From an uncultured Actinomycetota bacterium (GTDB lineage Bacteria; Actinomycetota; Actinomycetes; Propionibacteriales; Nocardioidaceae), in assembly GCA_963800485.1 (NCBI GenBank), contig CAWDBA010000006.1, positions 41,428-105,427 on the forward strand: a stretch of 64,000 nt of DNA, given 5' to 3'. Below are positions 10,596-20,242 of this stretch, piece by piece. Position 1 is the first letter of the stretch; the number at the start of each line of letters is the position of its first letter. The translations under genes and the position numbers were made by a program. The notes beneath the pieces are model-generated. The model was not told the origin of the DNA and did not search any database. It saw only the letters and a list, made by a program, of their open reading frames with translations.

Positions 10596-10999
10596 GGCTG
10601 CTCCTCGAGCAGGGCGGTGGCCGAGCCCGTCACCTCGGCCGCGGGGAGCAGGGTGCGCAAGACTCCCGTGGGCACGGCCGGCACCCGGACGGTCACGGTG
10701 ACCAGGTCGCCGGCCACGTCGACACGCACGTCGCGGGCGGCGGGCGCCACGCGGCGGGCCAGCGACACCGCCCGCTGGTCGGACTCCCCGCGCGCGACCG
10801 CGCGGGCGGCCTCCCGGGCGCCGTCCAGCGCCTGGACGTGCCAGGCGACGACGGCCAGGCACCACGCCAGCGCCAGCGTGACGACGGCGAGCACCGGCAG
10901 GACGACGGCGGTCTCAGCGCTCACGGCGCCCCGCTGGGGACGGGTCGCGGGCGCGACCCCGGTCGGGGCCACGGCTCGACCGGGGTCGCGCAGCCGCAT
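10592..10999 (-). CDS. tadE: TadE family minor pilin (Rv3655c-like)
   Basis: QRG/AVSAE (G|xxxxE) prepilin motif, hydrophobic helix, DGAREAARAVARG. Confidence 0.85.
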   Translation of the reverse strand: MRLRDPGRAVAPTGVAPATRPQRGAVSAETAVVLPVLAVVTLALAWCLAVVAWHVQALDGAREAARAVARGESDQRAVSLARRVAPAARDVRVDVAGDLVTVTVRVPAVPTGVLRTLLPAAEVTGSATALLEEQP

Positions 11000-11184
11000 C
11001 AGAAGCCGAGCATCCCGAGGAAGCCCTGCAGCAGGGTGCCGAGCAGCTTCTCGAAGAGGCCACTGCCCTGCAGGAACTTCCACAGCAGGCTGCCGACGCC
11101 GACGGCGACGCAGGTCGCGACGGTGTACTCGGCGCTGATGGCCCCGACCTCGCGGCGGAGACGGCGATGGGACGACAGGTTCAT
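10999..11184 (-). CDS. Flp-type major pilin (DUF4244/Rv3656c-like)
   Basis: 61 aa; VG/AISAEY Flp motif followed by a hydrophobic helix; GGAGG RBS. Confidence 0.85.
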   Translation of the reverse strand: MNLSSHRRLRREVGAISAEYTVATCVAVGVGSLLWKFLQGSGLFEKLLGTLLQGFLGMLGF

Positions 11185-11325
11185 GGGACCTCCAGGTGTT
11201 CGGCCGCCGGCCCGGTGCCGGCGTGCGCAGGAGGACTCTCGCCCGGTCGGCCGGCACGCCGCGGCGGTGTGGACGCCGCCTGTGGACACCCCTCCCGGCA
11301 CCGCCCCCTGGGGACGTCGGGCGGC

Positions 11326-12051
11326 TCAGAAGCCGGCGAGCAGGGTGCCCAGCAGACCGGCCACCAGGGGCACCACCCCGACGACCAGCACCGCCGGCAG
11401 CAGGCACGCACCGATCGGTGCGGTCGCGCGCACCCCGACAGCCCGCGCGCGCTCGCCGGCCTCCGCCAGGGCGTCGGCGCGCAGGTCCGTGGCCAGGCGC
11501 TCGACGACGTCGGTGACCTGCGCCCCGCTGTCGACGGCGCGACCCATGGCGAGCCCCAGCGGCTCCGCGCCGGGGTGGGCCAGCAGCGAGCGCCAGGCGT
11601 CCACCGCCGGCACGCCCAGGGCCGTGCGCCGGGCGACCCCGTCGAGCAGCTCTCCCGCTGGGCCCCGCACCGCGGCCGCCACGAGCGCGGCCGCGCGCGA
11701 CGGGTCCTGGCCGGCCCGCAACGAGGCGGCGAGGAGGTCGACGACCCACGGAAGGTCCGCCCGCAGCCGCGCGCGCCGCGCCCGCACGCCGGGGGGCTCG
11801 AGGCGACCGAGCCGCCAGGCCACGGCGGCTCCCGCGGCCGCCCCGACGGCCAGGCCCAGCGCACCGCCGACGAACCAGTGCACGAGGACCCCCACCCCGA
11901 CTCCCGCGGCGACCCGGGCCGGGGCCGCGGGCAGGGCCTCCGGGTCCCGCCCCGCCGGGGGTGCCGCACGCCCGGCCGGCGCTGGCGCGGGTGCCGCCAG
12001 CAGCAGGGACGCCCCCGTGGCCGCGAGCGCCCCGGCCAGCAGCGCGCTCAT
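11326..12051 (-). CDS. tadC: TadC / type II secretion F-family protein
   Basis: DLPWVVDLLAASLRAG and ARAVGVRATAPIGACLLPA; ATGA overlap with tadB. Confidence 0.85.
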   Translation of the reverse strand: MSALLAGALAATGASLLLAAPAPAPAGRAAPPAGRDPEALPAAPARVAAGVGVGVLVHWFVGGALGLAVGAAAGAAVAWRLGRLEPPGVRARRARLRADLPWVVDLLAASLRAGQDPSRAAALVAAAVRGPAGELLDGVARRTALGVPAVDAWRSLLAHPGAEPLGLAMGRAVDSGAQVTDVVERLATDLRADALAEAGERARAVGVRATAPIGACLLPAVLVVGVVPLVAGLLGTLLAGF

Positions 12052-12842
12052 CCGCGACCCGCCCCTGCGGCGATCGACTCCAGCCACAGCAGCCCGCCCA
12101 GCGCGAGGGTGCAGCCGACGGCAAGGCACACGACCCCGGGCCAGGAGCCCAGCAGGAAGGTCACGGCGCCCCCGCCGCCCGCCGAGCCGAGGCCCAGCAG
12201 CACGACCGGCAGCACCGCCATCAGCCGGGCGGTCGCCCGCGCGGAGGCGAGCTCGGCGTCGACCAGGCGCCGCCGGGCGGCGAGGGCACGCTCGCCGTCG
12301 GCGATCCGGGCGACCACGTCGGCCAGGCCGGCACCACTGTCGGCGGAGACCTGCCAGGCCGCCGCGAGCCGGGCCCAGCCCGGCGCCCCGCCCGCGCGGG
12401 AGAGCCGCCGCAGGGCCCGCGGGACGTCGGCGGAGACCCGGTGCGCCGCCACCACGGGACGCAGGTCGGGGCTGTCGACCGCCACGCGCTCGAGCGCCGT
12501 GGCCGGTGGGGCCCCGGCCCGGAGCTCGGCCGCGAGCAGGTCGCAGGTCGTGCGCATCCGGGCCGAGGCGAGCCGGGTGCCGCGCTCGGCTCGGACGCGT
12601 CGGTGCAGCACCCGGGTGACCGCGAGCACCCCGAGCCCGACCCCGGCGACGCCGACCGCCGGGCCGGAGAGCAGCGTCGCGACGGCGGCCGCGGCGAGCA
12701 GCACCGCGACCAGGTCGCGCCCGACCGGTGACCGGGGCGGCACGGCCCTCGACCCGGGCGTACGTCGCGCGGCGGGCCAGGTGCCCACGAGCAGCGCTGC
12801 GGCGACCAGCAGGCCCACGAGCCCGGCGGCGGACAGCGTCAC
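12048..12842 (-). CDS. tadB: TadB / type II secretion F-family protein
   Basis: DLLAAELRAGAPP, LAAAWQVSADSGAGLA, AELASARATARL. Confidence 0.85.
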   Translation of the reverse strand: MTLSAAGLVGLLVAAALLVGTWPAARRTPGSRAVPPRSPVGRDLVAVLLAAAAVATLLSGPAVGVAGVGLGVLAVTRVLHRRVRAERGTRLASARMRTTCDLLAAELRAGAPPATALERVAVDSPDLRPVVAAHRVSADVPRALRRLSRAGGAPGWARLAAAWQVSADSGAGLADVVARIADGERALAARRRLVDAELASARATARLMAVLPVVLLGLGSAGGGGAVTFLLGSWPGVVCLAVGCTLALGGLLWLESIAAGAGRG

Positions 12843-14032
12843 CGGTCGCGCTCCGCCAGCAGGGTCGCGAGCCGCTCGGCGCCGGGCCCCTCTCGGTAGG
12901 CACCGGCACCGGGACCCGCTCCAGGGACCCGGGTCAGGGCCGAGAGGCTGTGCACGAGCCCGTCCGTCCCACGCTCGAGCACCGCGACCTCGCGCAGCCG
13001 CCGGCGCCCGTCCCGGTCGCGGGACAGGTGCAGCACCACGTCCAGCGCGGAGGACATCTGGCTGTGCGCCGCGTCCCGGGAGAGGCCCGCAGCGACGGCC
13101 AGGCCCTCCAGCCGGCCCGGCACGTCGGCCGCCGAGTTGGCGTGCACGGTGCCGCACCCGCCCTCGTGACCGGTGTTGAGGGCTGCGAGCAGGTCGACCA
13201 CCTCGGTGCCGCGCACCTCGCCGACGACGAGCCGGTCGGGGCGCATCCGCAGGGCCTGGCGCACCAGGTCGCGCACGGTCACCGCGCCGGCGCCCTCCAC
13301 GTTGGGCGGTCGGGCCTCGAGCGCGACCACGTGGGGGTGCGCGGGCTGGAGCTCGGCGGAGTCCTCCACCACGACCACCCGCTCGTCGGGCGGCACCCGC
13401 GAGAGCAGGGCCGAGAGCAGCGTGGTCTTGCCGCACCCGGTGCCGCCGCTGACCAGGAACGCGAGACGACGGTCGACCACGTCCGCGACGAGGGCCGCCG
13501 CGGACTCGTCCAGGGCCGCCGGCGACCAGCTCGTCGAGGGAGAACACCCGTCGCCGCGGCACCCGGAGCGACAGCACCGTGCCCGGGCGCGCCAGCGGCG
13601 CGAGCACCGCGTGGAACCGGGTGCCGTCGACCAGCCGCAGGTCGACGTGCGGCGAGGCGTCGTCCAGCCGACGTCCGGCGCCGGCCGCGAGCCGTTGCGC
13701 GAGCCGCCGCACCGCCCCGTCGTCGGCGAACACGACGTCGGTGCGCTCGAGCCCCCGGCCCCGGTCGAGGTACACCGGCTCGCGCCGTTGACGAGCACGT
13801 CGGTCACGCCGTCCAGGCGCAGCAGCGGCTCGAGGGGGCCGGCACCGAGCACCTCGCGGGCCAGCACGTCGTGGACCTCCAGCACGGTGGCGTCGCCGTG
13901 CAGGTGCCCCGCCGCGCGCAACGCGCGGGCGACCCGGTCGGGGGTCAGCGACCCCGGGTCGGTCGCGAGCTGCTCGCGCACCTCCTCGACGAGCGACGGG
14001 ATCACCGTGCCCACCGCCCCCACAGCGCTCAC
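12839..14032 (-). CDS. tadA: TadA/CpaF pilus assembly ATPase, with two compensating apparent frameshifts (~13780 and ~13520)
   Basis: [15 protein letters not shown], Walker [33 protein letters not shown]. The middle ~85 aa ([23 protein letters not shown]) lies in another frame. Confidence 0.88.
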   Translation of the reverse strand: MSAVGAVGTVIPSLVEEVREQLATDPGSLTPDRVARALRAAGHLHGDATVLEVHDVLAREVLGAGPLEPLLRLDGVTDVLVNGASRCTSTGAGGSSAPTSCSPTTGRCGGSRNGSRPAPDVGWTTPRRTSTCGWSTAPGSTRCSRRWRARARCCRSGCRGDGCSPSTSWSPAALDESAAALVADVVDRRLAFLVSGGTGCGKTTLLSALLSRVPPDERVVVVEDSAELQPAHPHVVALEARPPNVEGAGAVTVRDLVRQALRMRPDRLVVGEVRGTEVVDLLAALNTGHEGGCGTVHANSAADVPGRLEGLAVAAGLSRDAAHSQMSSALDVVLHLSRDRDGRRRLREVAVLERGTDGLVHSLSALTRVPGAGPGAGAYREGPGAERLATLLAERDR

Positions 14033-15162
14033 CACCCCTGCTCCCGTCCGCCCAGCACGTGGTCGAGGCAGTCCAGGGCTGCCGTGACGAGCCGGCCCCG
14101 ACGGCGCGGCACCGACCCGGCGCCCAGGGCCACCCACTCGTCGAGACGGCGCTCGTGCCCGAGCTCTGCCACCAGCTCGAGGCCGAGCAGGTCGGCCACC
14201 TGGGGCGGCGCGAGGCCGGCCCCGCGCCGGGCGACCACCAGGCCGGGCGATCGTCCCGACCAGTCGCGCAGCAACCGTCCTGCGGCCCCGACCCCGGGCA
14301 CCGTGCCGGGCACGACCAGCAGCGTGGCGTCGCACGAGGGGAGGGGCGCCGCACGGGGCAGGTCGGCGACCACGAGGTCGGCACCGCGAGCGGCGGCGTC
14401 GACCACCTCGCCCAGGAGGTCGTCGGCCAGCGCGTCGCGCACCTCCGGCCCGAAGCCGAGCACGCCGAGGGTGCCGGCCCCGGTCGTCGGGACCGCGGGG
14501 AGCCGGGCGACCAGGCTGCCGCTGTCCACGCGCCCGGTGAGCCGGCGCAGACCCGACCAGTCCAGGACGCCGTCCCCGGGGTCGAGGGCGAGCACGTGCT
14601 CGATCCCGGGGCCGCCCGGGTCGGCGTCGAGCAGCACCACGTCGCGACCCCGGGCCGCTACCTCGGCTACGGCCGTGGCCAGCACGGTGGCACCGGCTCC
14701 GCCCACGCCGGCCACGACGCCCACCACGGGCGCCCGACGCTGCCGGCCCAGGGCGGCCCGGTCGCGGGTGTCGGCCAGCCGGGCGAGCAGGGCGCCCTCG
14801 GCGCGGGTCAGGTCGAGCACCGTCTCGGCCCCGACGTCCAACGCGGCGCGGAGCACGGCGTCGGTCTCGGGTGCGGCGGTGCACACGAGCACCCCCGCCC
14901 GGCGGGGCAACCGCGCCGCCGCGACGTCGCCGAGCGCGGCGGCGTCCACCAGCACGAGCTCCGCGCCGACCCAGCCCTCGCGCACGACCGGGTCGTCGGG
15001 GTGCTCCCCCCGCGCCAGCCCGAGGGCCGCGGCGCCGACGCAGCGGCGTACCGGCCCGACCACCTCCGGCGTGGCACCGACCAGCAGCACCCCCGGGCCG
15101 GGCGACGGCGGCCCGGGCTCCGCGCGGGTGCTCCGACGGGTACGGGCGGGGCTCGACGGCAT
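14029..15162 (-). CDS. ssd: Septum site-determining Ssd / CpaE-TadZ-like ATPase (Rv3660c-like)
   Basis: Deviant Walker [29 protein letters not shown]; first gene of the tad operon. Confidence 0.85.
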   Translation of the reverse strand: MPSSPARTRRSTRAEPGPPSPGPGVLLVGATPEVVGPVRRCVGAAALGLARGEHPDDPVVREGWVGAELVLVDAAALGDVAAARLPRRAGVLVCTAAPETDAVLRAALDVGAETVLDLTRAEGALLARLADTRDRAALGRQRRAPVVGVVAGVGGAGATVLATAVAEVAARGRDVVLLDADPGGPGIEHVLALDPGDGVLDWSGLRRLTGRVDSGSLVARLPAVPTTGAGTLGVLGFGPEVRDALADDLLGEVVDAAARGADLVVADLPRAAPLPSCDATLLVVPGTVPGVGAAGRLLRDWSGRSPGLVVARRGAGLAPPQVADLLGLELVAELGHERRLDEWVALGAGSVPRRRGRLVTAALDCLDHVLGGREQGW

Positions 15163-15301
15163 GCAGGCAGCATCCGTGCCGGCCCGGAGACGGGGGCACC
15201 GCGGCCCCGTCCGCCTGTGGAGGACGGGTCCGCACGGCTGCCTGTGGACGGCACCCGCCGGTTCGCCGACCGCGCGAGGTAGCGGGCACTACCCTGGGGA
15301 C

Positions 15302-16096
15302 ATGCCCCCGGCCGCCCGTTCCGCGGCGTTCTTCGACCTGGACAAGACGATCATCGCCCGGTCGAGCACGCTGGCGTTCAGCAAGCCGTTCCAGGCCGGC
15401 GGCCTGATCACCCGTCGGTCGGTGCTGCGCAGCACCTACGCGCAGTTCGTCTACCACGCGGGCGGCGCCGACCACGACCAGATGGAGAAGATGCGGGCCT
15501 TCCTCCAGGCGCTGTGCGCCGGGTGGGACGTCGCCACGGTGCGGGAGATCGTCGCCGACACCCTCGACACCGTCGTCGACCCGCTGGTCTACGACGAGGC
15601 GGTGTCGCTCATCGCCCGGCACCACGCCGAGGGCCGCGACGTCGTCATCGTGTCCACCTCGGGCAGCGAGATCGTCGAGCCGATCGGCGAACGGCTCGGG
15701 GCCGACCACGTCGTCGCCACCCGGATGCAGGTCGAGGACGGCCGCTACACCGGAACGATCGACTACTACGCCTACGCCCAGGCCAAGGCGGACGCGGTGC
15801 ACGAGCTCGCCCGCGAGCGCGGCTACCACCTGGCCGACTCCTACGCCTACAGCGACTCGGTCACCGACGTCCCGATGCTCGCCGCCGTCGGCCACCCCTT
15901 CGCGGTCAACCCGGACAAGGACCTGCGCGCCGAGGCCGGACGCCGCGACTGGCCGGTGCTGGTCTTCGACCGCCCGGTCGGGCTGCGCCGGGGGCTGCCC
16001 CCGGCCGCGCCCACGCTCACCGCCGTCGCGGTCACCGGCGCCGTCGCCGCGGGGGGCCTGGCCTGGGCGCACCACCGCCGCCAGCGCACCACCTGA
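15302..16096 (+). CDS. HAD-IB family hydrolase (Rv3661-like)
   Basis: AAFFDLDKTIIA, VSTSG, YAYSDSVTDVPML, AVNPD, C-terminal TM helix. Confidence 0.92.
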   Translation: MPPAARSAAFFDLDKTIIARSSTLAFSKPFQAGGLITRRSVLRSTYAQFVYHAGGADHDQMEKMRAFLQALCAGWDVATVREIVADTLDTVVDPLVYDEAVSLIARHHAEGRDVVIVSTSGSEIVEPIGERLGADHVVATRMQVEDGRYTGTIDYYAYAQAKADAVHELARERGYHLADSYAYSDSVTDVPMLAAVGHPFAVNPDKDLRAEAGRRDWPVLVFDRPVGLRRGLPPAAPTLTAVAVTGAVAAGGLAWAHHRRQRTT

Positions 16097-16138
16097 AGCC
16101 GACCCGGGCCTCACCGTCAAGGTCGGTCCGGTCGGCCA

Positions 16139-16167
16139 TGGACACCGGCCGGGAGGCGGCGTACAAA
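16139..16167 (+). promoter_or_regulatory. SigA-like promoter of the Ms1-like RNA
   Basis: TGGACA (16139-44), 17-bp spacer, TACAAA (16162-67). Confidence 0.6.
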
Positions 16168-16171
16168 GGAG

Positions 16172-16338
16172 GCACAACTCCAGACCAGCACGGGAACAGT
16201 GGTACCCACGCGGCGACCTACCCTTCTGACAGGGTGCGAGCCCTCGGTACGCCGAGGCAGCTGACTAGAGAGCACGCCTGGTAGCCACACCTCGTGCCAG
16301 CAGACGGCATCCGGTGCCCTCCGGATGCCGTTTGTTTG
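16172..16338 (+). ncRNA. Putative Ms1-family (RNA polymerase-binding) RNA
   Basis: Occupies the Ms1/MTS2823 syntenic slot between the HAD hydrolase and the Rv3662c homologue. Has promoter, internal hairpins, ACCCACGCG and GCACGCCTGGTAGCC segments recalled as resembling Ms1 motifs, and a terminator. Confidence 0.72.
16301..16338 (+). terminator. Intrinsic terminator
   Basis: 14-bp stem cagacggcatccgg / ccggatgccgtttg (one G-U) with 6-nt loop and T-rich tail. Confidence 0.8.
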
Positions 16339-16383
16339 TCCGGAGGACCCCGCAGCCCCGGTCGCCCCGGTCGCCCCGCCCGC

Positions 16384-17106
16384 TCAGCCCTGGCGCAGCG
16401 GGCTGGCCTCGGCACCGGCGGCGTAGGCCTCGGCGGCGTACAGCAGCCAGGCGTGCACGCCGGCCGTCCCGCCGGCGGCGTACCCGCGCAGGGTGGACTC
16501 GTACTCCGCCCGCAGCGACCGGTGACCGGCCTCGGGGACGGTCAGCGACGTCGGGTCGACGCCCCGGGTGACCAGCAGCAGCCGCTCGAGGGCCCGCGCC
16601 ACCTCGCCGTCGTGGCTGCCGAAGGGTCGCGCCGCGGCGACCTCGGCGTGCGCGACCGCGGCCAGCACCAGCGCCGGGGCCGTCGTCGGGCGGGTGAGCA
16701 GCGTCGCCAGGCCGGTGAGCCGGACCGACCCCGTGGGCGTGCCCGGACGCCCGCCCGCCTCCCGGTCGCCCGAGACCAGCACGTGCATCCGAGCCAGGGC
16801 CTGCAGCGGTGACCGGTCCAGGGTGTCGCCGAGCGACAGCAGCTCGACCTGGAGGCGGACGACACCCGCCGCGACCGCGTCGCCACCGTCCGCCCGCAGC
16901 TCGTCGAGGGTCGAGGACGAGCCGGCGAGCTCGGCGCTCGCGTGCACGCCGAGCAGCAGGGACTCCGTGGTCGTGGTGGCGGACGTGCGCCGCAGGCCGC
17001 GGTCGCGCAGCAGCCCGTCGATGCCGTCGCGCGCCGCGGTCATCGCCGAGGCCACGCCCTCGAGTGCGACCAGCCGGGCGAGGGGGTCAGCCGTCTCGTC
17101 GCGCAC
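16384..17106 (-). CDS. Rv3662c-like degenerate Fic-fold protein
   Basis: QALARMHVL and AVAHAEVAAARPFGSHDGEVARALERL (degenerate HPFxxGNGR). Confidence 0.8.
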   Translation of the reverse strand: MRDETADPLARLVALEGVASAMTAARDGIDGLLRDRGLRRTSATTTTESLLLGVHASAELAGSSSTLDELRADGGDAVAAGVVRLQVELLSLGDTLDRSPLQALARMHVLVSGDREAGGRPGTPTGSVRLTGLATLLTRPTTAPALVLAAVAHAEVAAARPFGSHDGEVARALERLLLVTRGVDPTSLTVPEAGHRSLRAEYESTLRGYAAGGTAGVHAWLLYAAEAYAAGAEASPLRQG

Positions 17107-17139
17107 GCCCGGCAGGCTAGCGGTTAGGCTGCGCCGGTC

Positions 17140-18039
17140 ATGTCGCCGCCGTCCCCGTCCTCGCCGTACGGACCCTCGACCCCCGACCCGCGGGCGGCAC
17201 GGTCCTTCGGGCTGGTGGCCGCGACGTACGAGGCGGGACGTCCCGGCTACCCGTCCGAGGCGCTGGCCTGGCTGGTGCGTTCCCCGCGCCAGCAGGTGCT
17301 CGAGGTCGGTGCCGGCACCGGCAAGCTGACCCGCGAGGTCGTCGCGGCGGGCCACCGGGTGATGGCCACGGAGCCGTCGCCGGAGATGCTCGCCCTGCTG
17401 CGGGAGTCCGTGCCGCGCGCCTGGAGCGTGCGGGCCCGGGCCGAGGCCCTGCCGGCGGTGTCGCGCAGCGTCGACACCGTGCTCGCCGCCCAGTCGTTCC
17501 ACTGGTTCGACGCCCCGACCTTCCTGCGCGAGACCACCCGGGTGCTGCGCGTGGGCGGCGCGCTCGGACTGGTCTGGCACGAGTCCGACCTCCGCGTGCC
17601 GTGGGTACGCCGGCTGGCCGAGCTCACCGAGGACCCCCGGCTCGAGGCCGTCGCCAGTGTCGACTCCGCCCCCATCGCGCAGATCGACGACACCGGCCTC
17701 TTCGAGACCGTCGAGCACCGCTCCTTCCGCTACTGGCACGTGCTGCGCCGGCAGACCCTGCGCGACCTGGTCGCCTCGCGCAGCGACGTGGTCACCCGCG
17801 GCCCGGCCGCCGTCGAGGCGCTGTTGACCGCCGTCGACGACCTCTTCGAGGACGCGTCCGCGGGCGCCGAGCTGCAGATGCCCTACCTTACCCACGCCTT
17901 CCGCACCGTCGTGCTGCCGTGGGCCTACGTCCAGCCGTCGCGGACGGTCACCGTCTCGCCACGACCGGCCGAGGAGCCCGAGCCCGGACCCGGCACCTCC
18001 CGCCCCGGGTCGAACGGGGTCGGCACCGGACCGACCTGA
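17140..18039 (+). CDS. Class I SAM-dependent methyltransferase
   Basis: YEAGRPGYP, VLEVGAGTGKLT, AQSFHWFD. Confidence 0.9.
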   Translation: MSPPSPSSPYGPSTPDPRAARSFGLVAATYEAGRPGYPSEALAWLVRSPRQQVLEVGAGTGKLTREVVAAGHRVMATEPSPEMLALLRESVPRAWSVRARAEALPAVSRSVDTVLAAQSFHWFDAPTFLRETTRVLRVGGALGLVWHESDLRVPWVRRLAELTEDPRLEAVASVDSAPIAQIDDTGLFETVEHRSFRYWHVLRRQTLRDLVASRSDVVTRGPAAVEALLTAVDDLFEDASAGAELQMPYLTHAFRTVVLPWAYVQPSRTVTVSPRPAEEPEPGPGTSRPGSNGVGTGPT

Positions 18040-18082
18040 GCCGTCGACAGCGGCGTGCGCGACCCACGATTGCGGGTAGGGG

Positions 18083-18096
18083 GTGACTGACGTCAC
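18083..18096. promoter_or_regulatory. CRP/GlxR-type binding site upstream of acs
   Basis: Perfect GTGA-ctgacg-TCAC, 61 bp before the acs start codon. Confidence 0.6.
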
Positions 18097-18157
18097 CGGT
18101 CCGGGTCCCGCCCCGGTCCGGGCGTGGCAGCACAGCAACGACGACCCGAGGAGCACC

Positions 18158-20131
18158 GTGAGCGAGTCCGGCAACGAGACCCTGTCCAACCTGAGCCGTG
18201 AGGAGCGTCGGTTCGAGCCCCCCGCCGAGCTCGCCGAGCACGCCAACGTCACGGCCGCGGCCTACGACGAGGCCGCCGAGGACCGCCTCGCGTTCTGGGA
18301 GAAGGCCGCGGAGCGCCTCGACTGGGGCCAGCACTGGGACGAGGTCCTCGACTGGTCCGACCCGCCCTTCGCGAAGTGGTTCACCGGCGGCACGCTGAAC
18401 GCCGCCGTCAACTGCGTCGACCGGCACGTCGCGGCCGGCCACGGCGACAGGGTGGCGATCCACTGGGTCGGTGAGCCCGAGGACGACACCCGCGACCTGA
18501 CCTACGCCGACCTCCACGAGGAGGTCTGCAAGGCCGCCAACGCCCTGACCGACCTCGGGGTCCGCACGGGCGACCGGGTCGCGATCTACCTGCCGATGAT
18601 CCCCGAGACCGCGGTCGCGATGCTGGCCTGCGCTCGGCTCGGCGCTCCGCACACGGTCGTGTTCGGCGGGTTCTCCGCCGACGCGCTGGCCAGCCGCGTG
18701 GTCGACGCCGACGCGAAGGTGGTCATCACCGCCGACGGCGGCTACCGCCGCGGTGCGCCCTCGGCGCTGAAGCCGGCCGTCGACGAGGCCTGCACCAAGG
18801 CCGACGGCGTGGTCGAGAAGGTGCTCGTGGTGCGCCGCACCGGCCAGGACGTCGACTGGGACGACTCCCGCGACGTGTGGTGGCACGACGTCGTCGACAG
18901 CGCGTCGTCCGACCACGAGGCCGAGCTGCACGACTCCGAGCACCCGCTCTACATCATGTACACCTCCGGCACGACCGGGAAGCCCAAGGGCATCCTGCAC
19001 ACCACCGGCGGCTACCTCGTCGGCACGTCGTACACCCACCACGCGGTGTTCGACCTCAAGCCGGAGACCGACGTCTACTGGTGCACCGCCGACGTCGGGT
19101 GGGTCACCGGCCACTCCTACCTCGTCTACGGACCGCTCGCCAACGGTGCGACGCAGGTGATGTACGAGGGCACGCCGGACAGCCCGCACAAGGGCCGCTG
19201 GTGGGAGATCGTCGAGAAGTACGGCGTGACGATCTTCTACACCGCCCCCACCGCGATCCGCGCCTGCATGAAGTGGGGCAAGGAGGTCCCCGAGCGGTTC
19301 GACCTGTCCTCGATCCGGGTGCTGGGCTCGGTGGGCGAGCCGATCAACCCCGAGGCCTACGTCTGGTACCGCGAGAACATCGGTGCCGGCAACGCGCCCG
19401 TCGTGGACACCTGGTGGCAGACCGAGACCGGCCAGATCATGATCAGCCCGCTGCCCGGCGTCACCGCCGCCAAGCCCGGCTCGGCGATGACCGCGATGCC
19501 GGGCATCACCGCCGACGTGGTCGACGAGGCCGGTGACCCCGTGCCGGACGGCTCCGGCGGCTACCTCGTGGTCACGGAGCCGTGGCCGGCCATGCTCCGC
19601 ACCATCTGGGGCGACGACGAGCGCTACAAGGACACCTACTGGTCGCGCTTCGAGGAGCAGGGCTACTACTTCGCCGGCGACGGGGCGAAGAAGGACGAGG
19701 ACGGCGACATCTGGGTGCTGGGCCGGGTCGACGACGTGATGAACGTGTCGGGCCACCGGCTCTCGACCACCGAGATCGAGTCCGCGCTGGTCTCGCACCC
19801 CAAGGTCGCCGAGGCGGCCGTGGTCGGCGCCAGCGACGAGGACACCGGGCAGAGCCCGTGCGCCTTCGTGATCCTCCGCGAGGAGGCCGGCGACGGGGGC
19901 GAGGACATCGTCGAGGAGCTCCGCAACCACGTGCGCAAGGAGATCGGCGCGATCGCCAAGCCCCGGCAGGTGATGATCGTGGCCGAGCTGCCGAAGACGC
20001 GCAGCGGCAAGATCATGCGCCGGCTGCTCCGCGACGTCGCCGAGAACCGTGAGGTCGGGGACGTCTCCACGCTCGCCGACTCCTCGGTGATGGACCTGAT
20101 CTCCCAGGGCATGTCCTCCGACGAGGACTGA
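18158..20131 (+). CDS. acs: Acetyl-CoA synthetase
   Basis: YTSGTTGKPKG, DTWWQTETG, PKTRSGKIMRR; GAGGAG RBS before GTG 18158. Confidence 0.97.
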   Translation: MSESGNETLSNLSREERRFEPPAELAEHANVTAAAYDEAAEDRLAFWEKAAERLDWGQHWDEVLDWSDPPFAKWFTGGTLNAAVNCVDRHVAAGHGDRVAIHWVGEPEDDTRDLTYADLHEEVCKAANALTDLGVRTGDRVAIYLPMIPETAVAMLACARLGAPHTVVFGGFSADALASRVVDADAKVVITADGGYRRGAPSALKPAVDEACTKADGVVEKVLVVRRTGQDVDWDDSRDVWWHDVVDSASSDHEAELHDSEHPLYIMYTSGTTGKPKGILHTTGGYLVGTSYTHHAVFDLKPETDVYWCTADVGWVTGHSYLVYGPLANGATQVMYEGTPDSPHKGRWWEIVEKYGVTIFYTAPTAIRACMKWGKEVPERFDLSSIRVLGSVGEPINPEAYVWYRENIGAGNAPVVDTWWQTETGQIMISPLPGVTAAKPGSAMTAMPGITADVVDEAGDPVPDGSGGYLVVTEPWPAMLRTIWGDDERYKDTYWSRFEEQGYYFAGDGAKKDEDGDIWVLGRVDDVMNVSGHRLSTTEIESALVSHPKVAEAAVVGASDEDTGQSPCAFVILREEAGDGGEDIVEELRNHVRKEIGAIAKPRQVMIVAELPKTRSGKIMRRLLRDVAENREVGDVSTLADSSVMDLISQGMSSDED

Positions 20132-20242
20132 CCTCCCGACGACCCGGCACCCGCGCTAGACCCGTGCGCGAGGTGTCGGGTCGTGGCCGGGCGCGGGGTG
20201 GGTAGGGTGACGGTGCCGTAGGACGCGACGAGGGAGCCCGCT

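Noticed and set aside
11268-15249. DnaA-box-like motifs as a replication origin
   Set aside because: Only two isolated pairs of imperfect boxes; no dnaA/dnaN and no AT-rich unwinding element.
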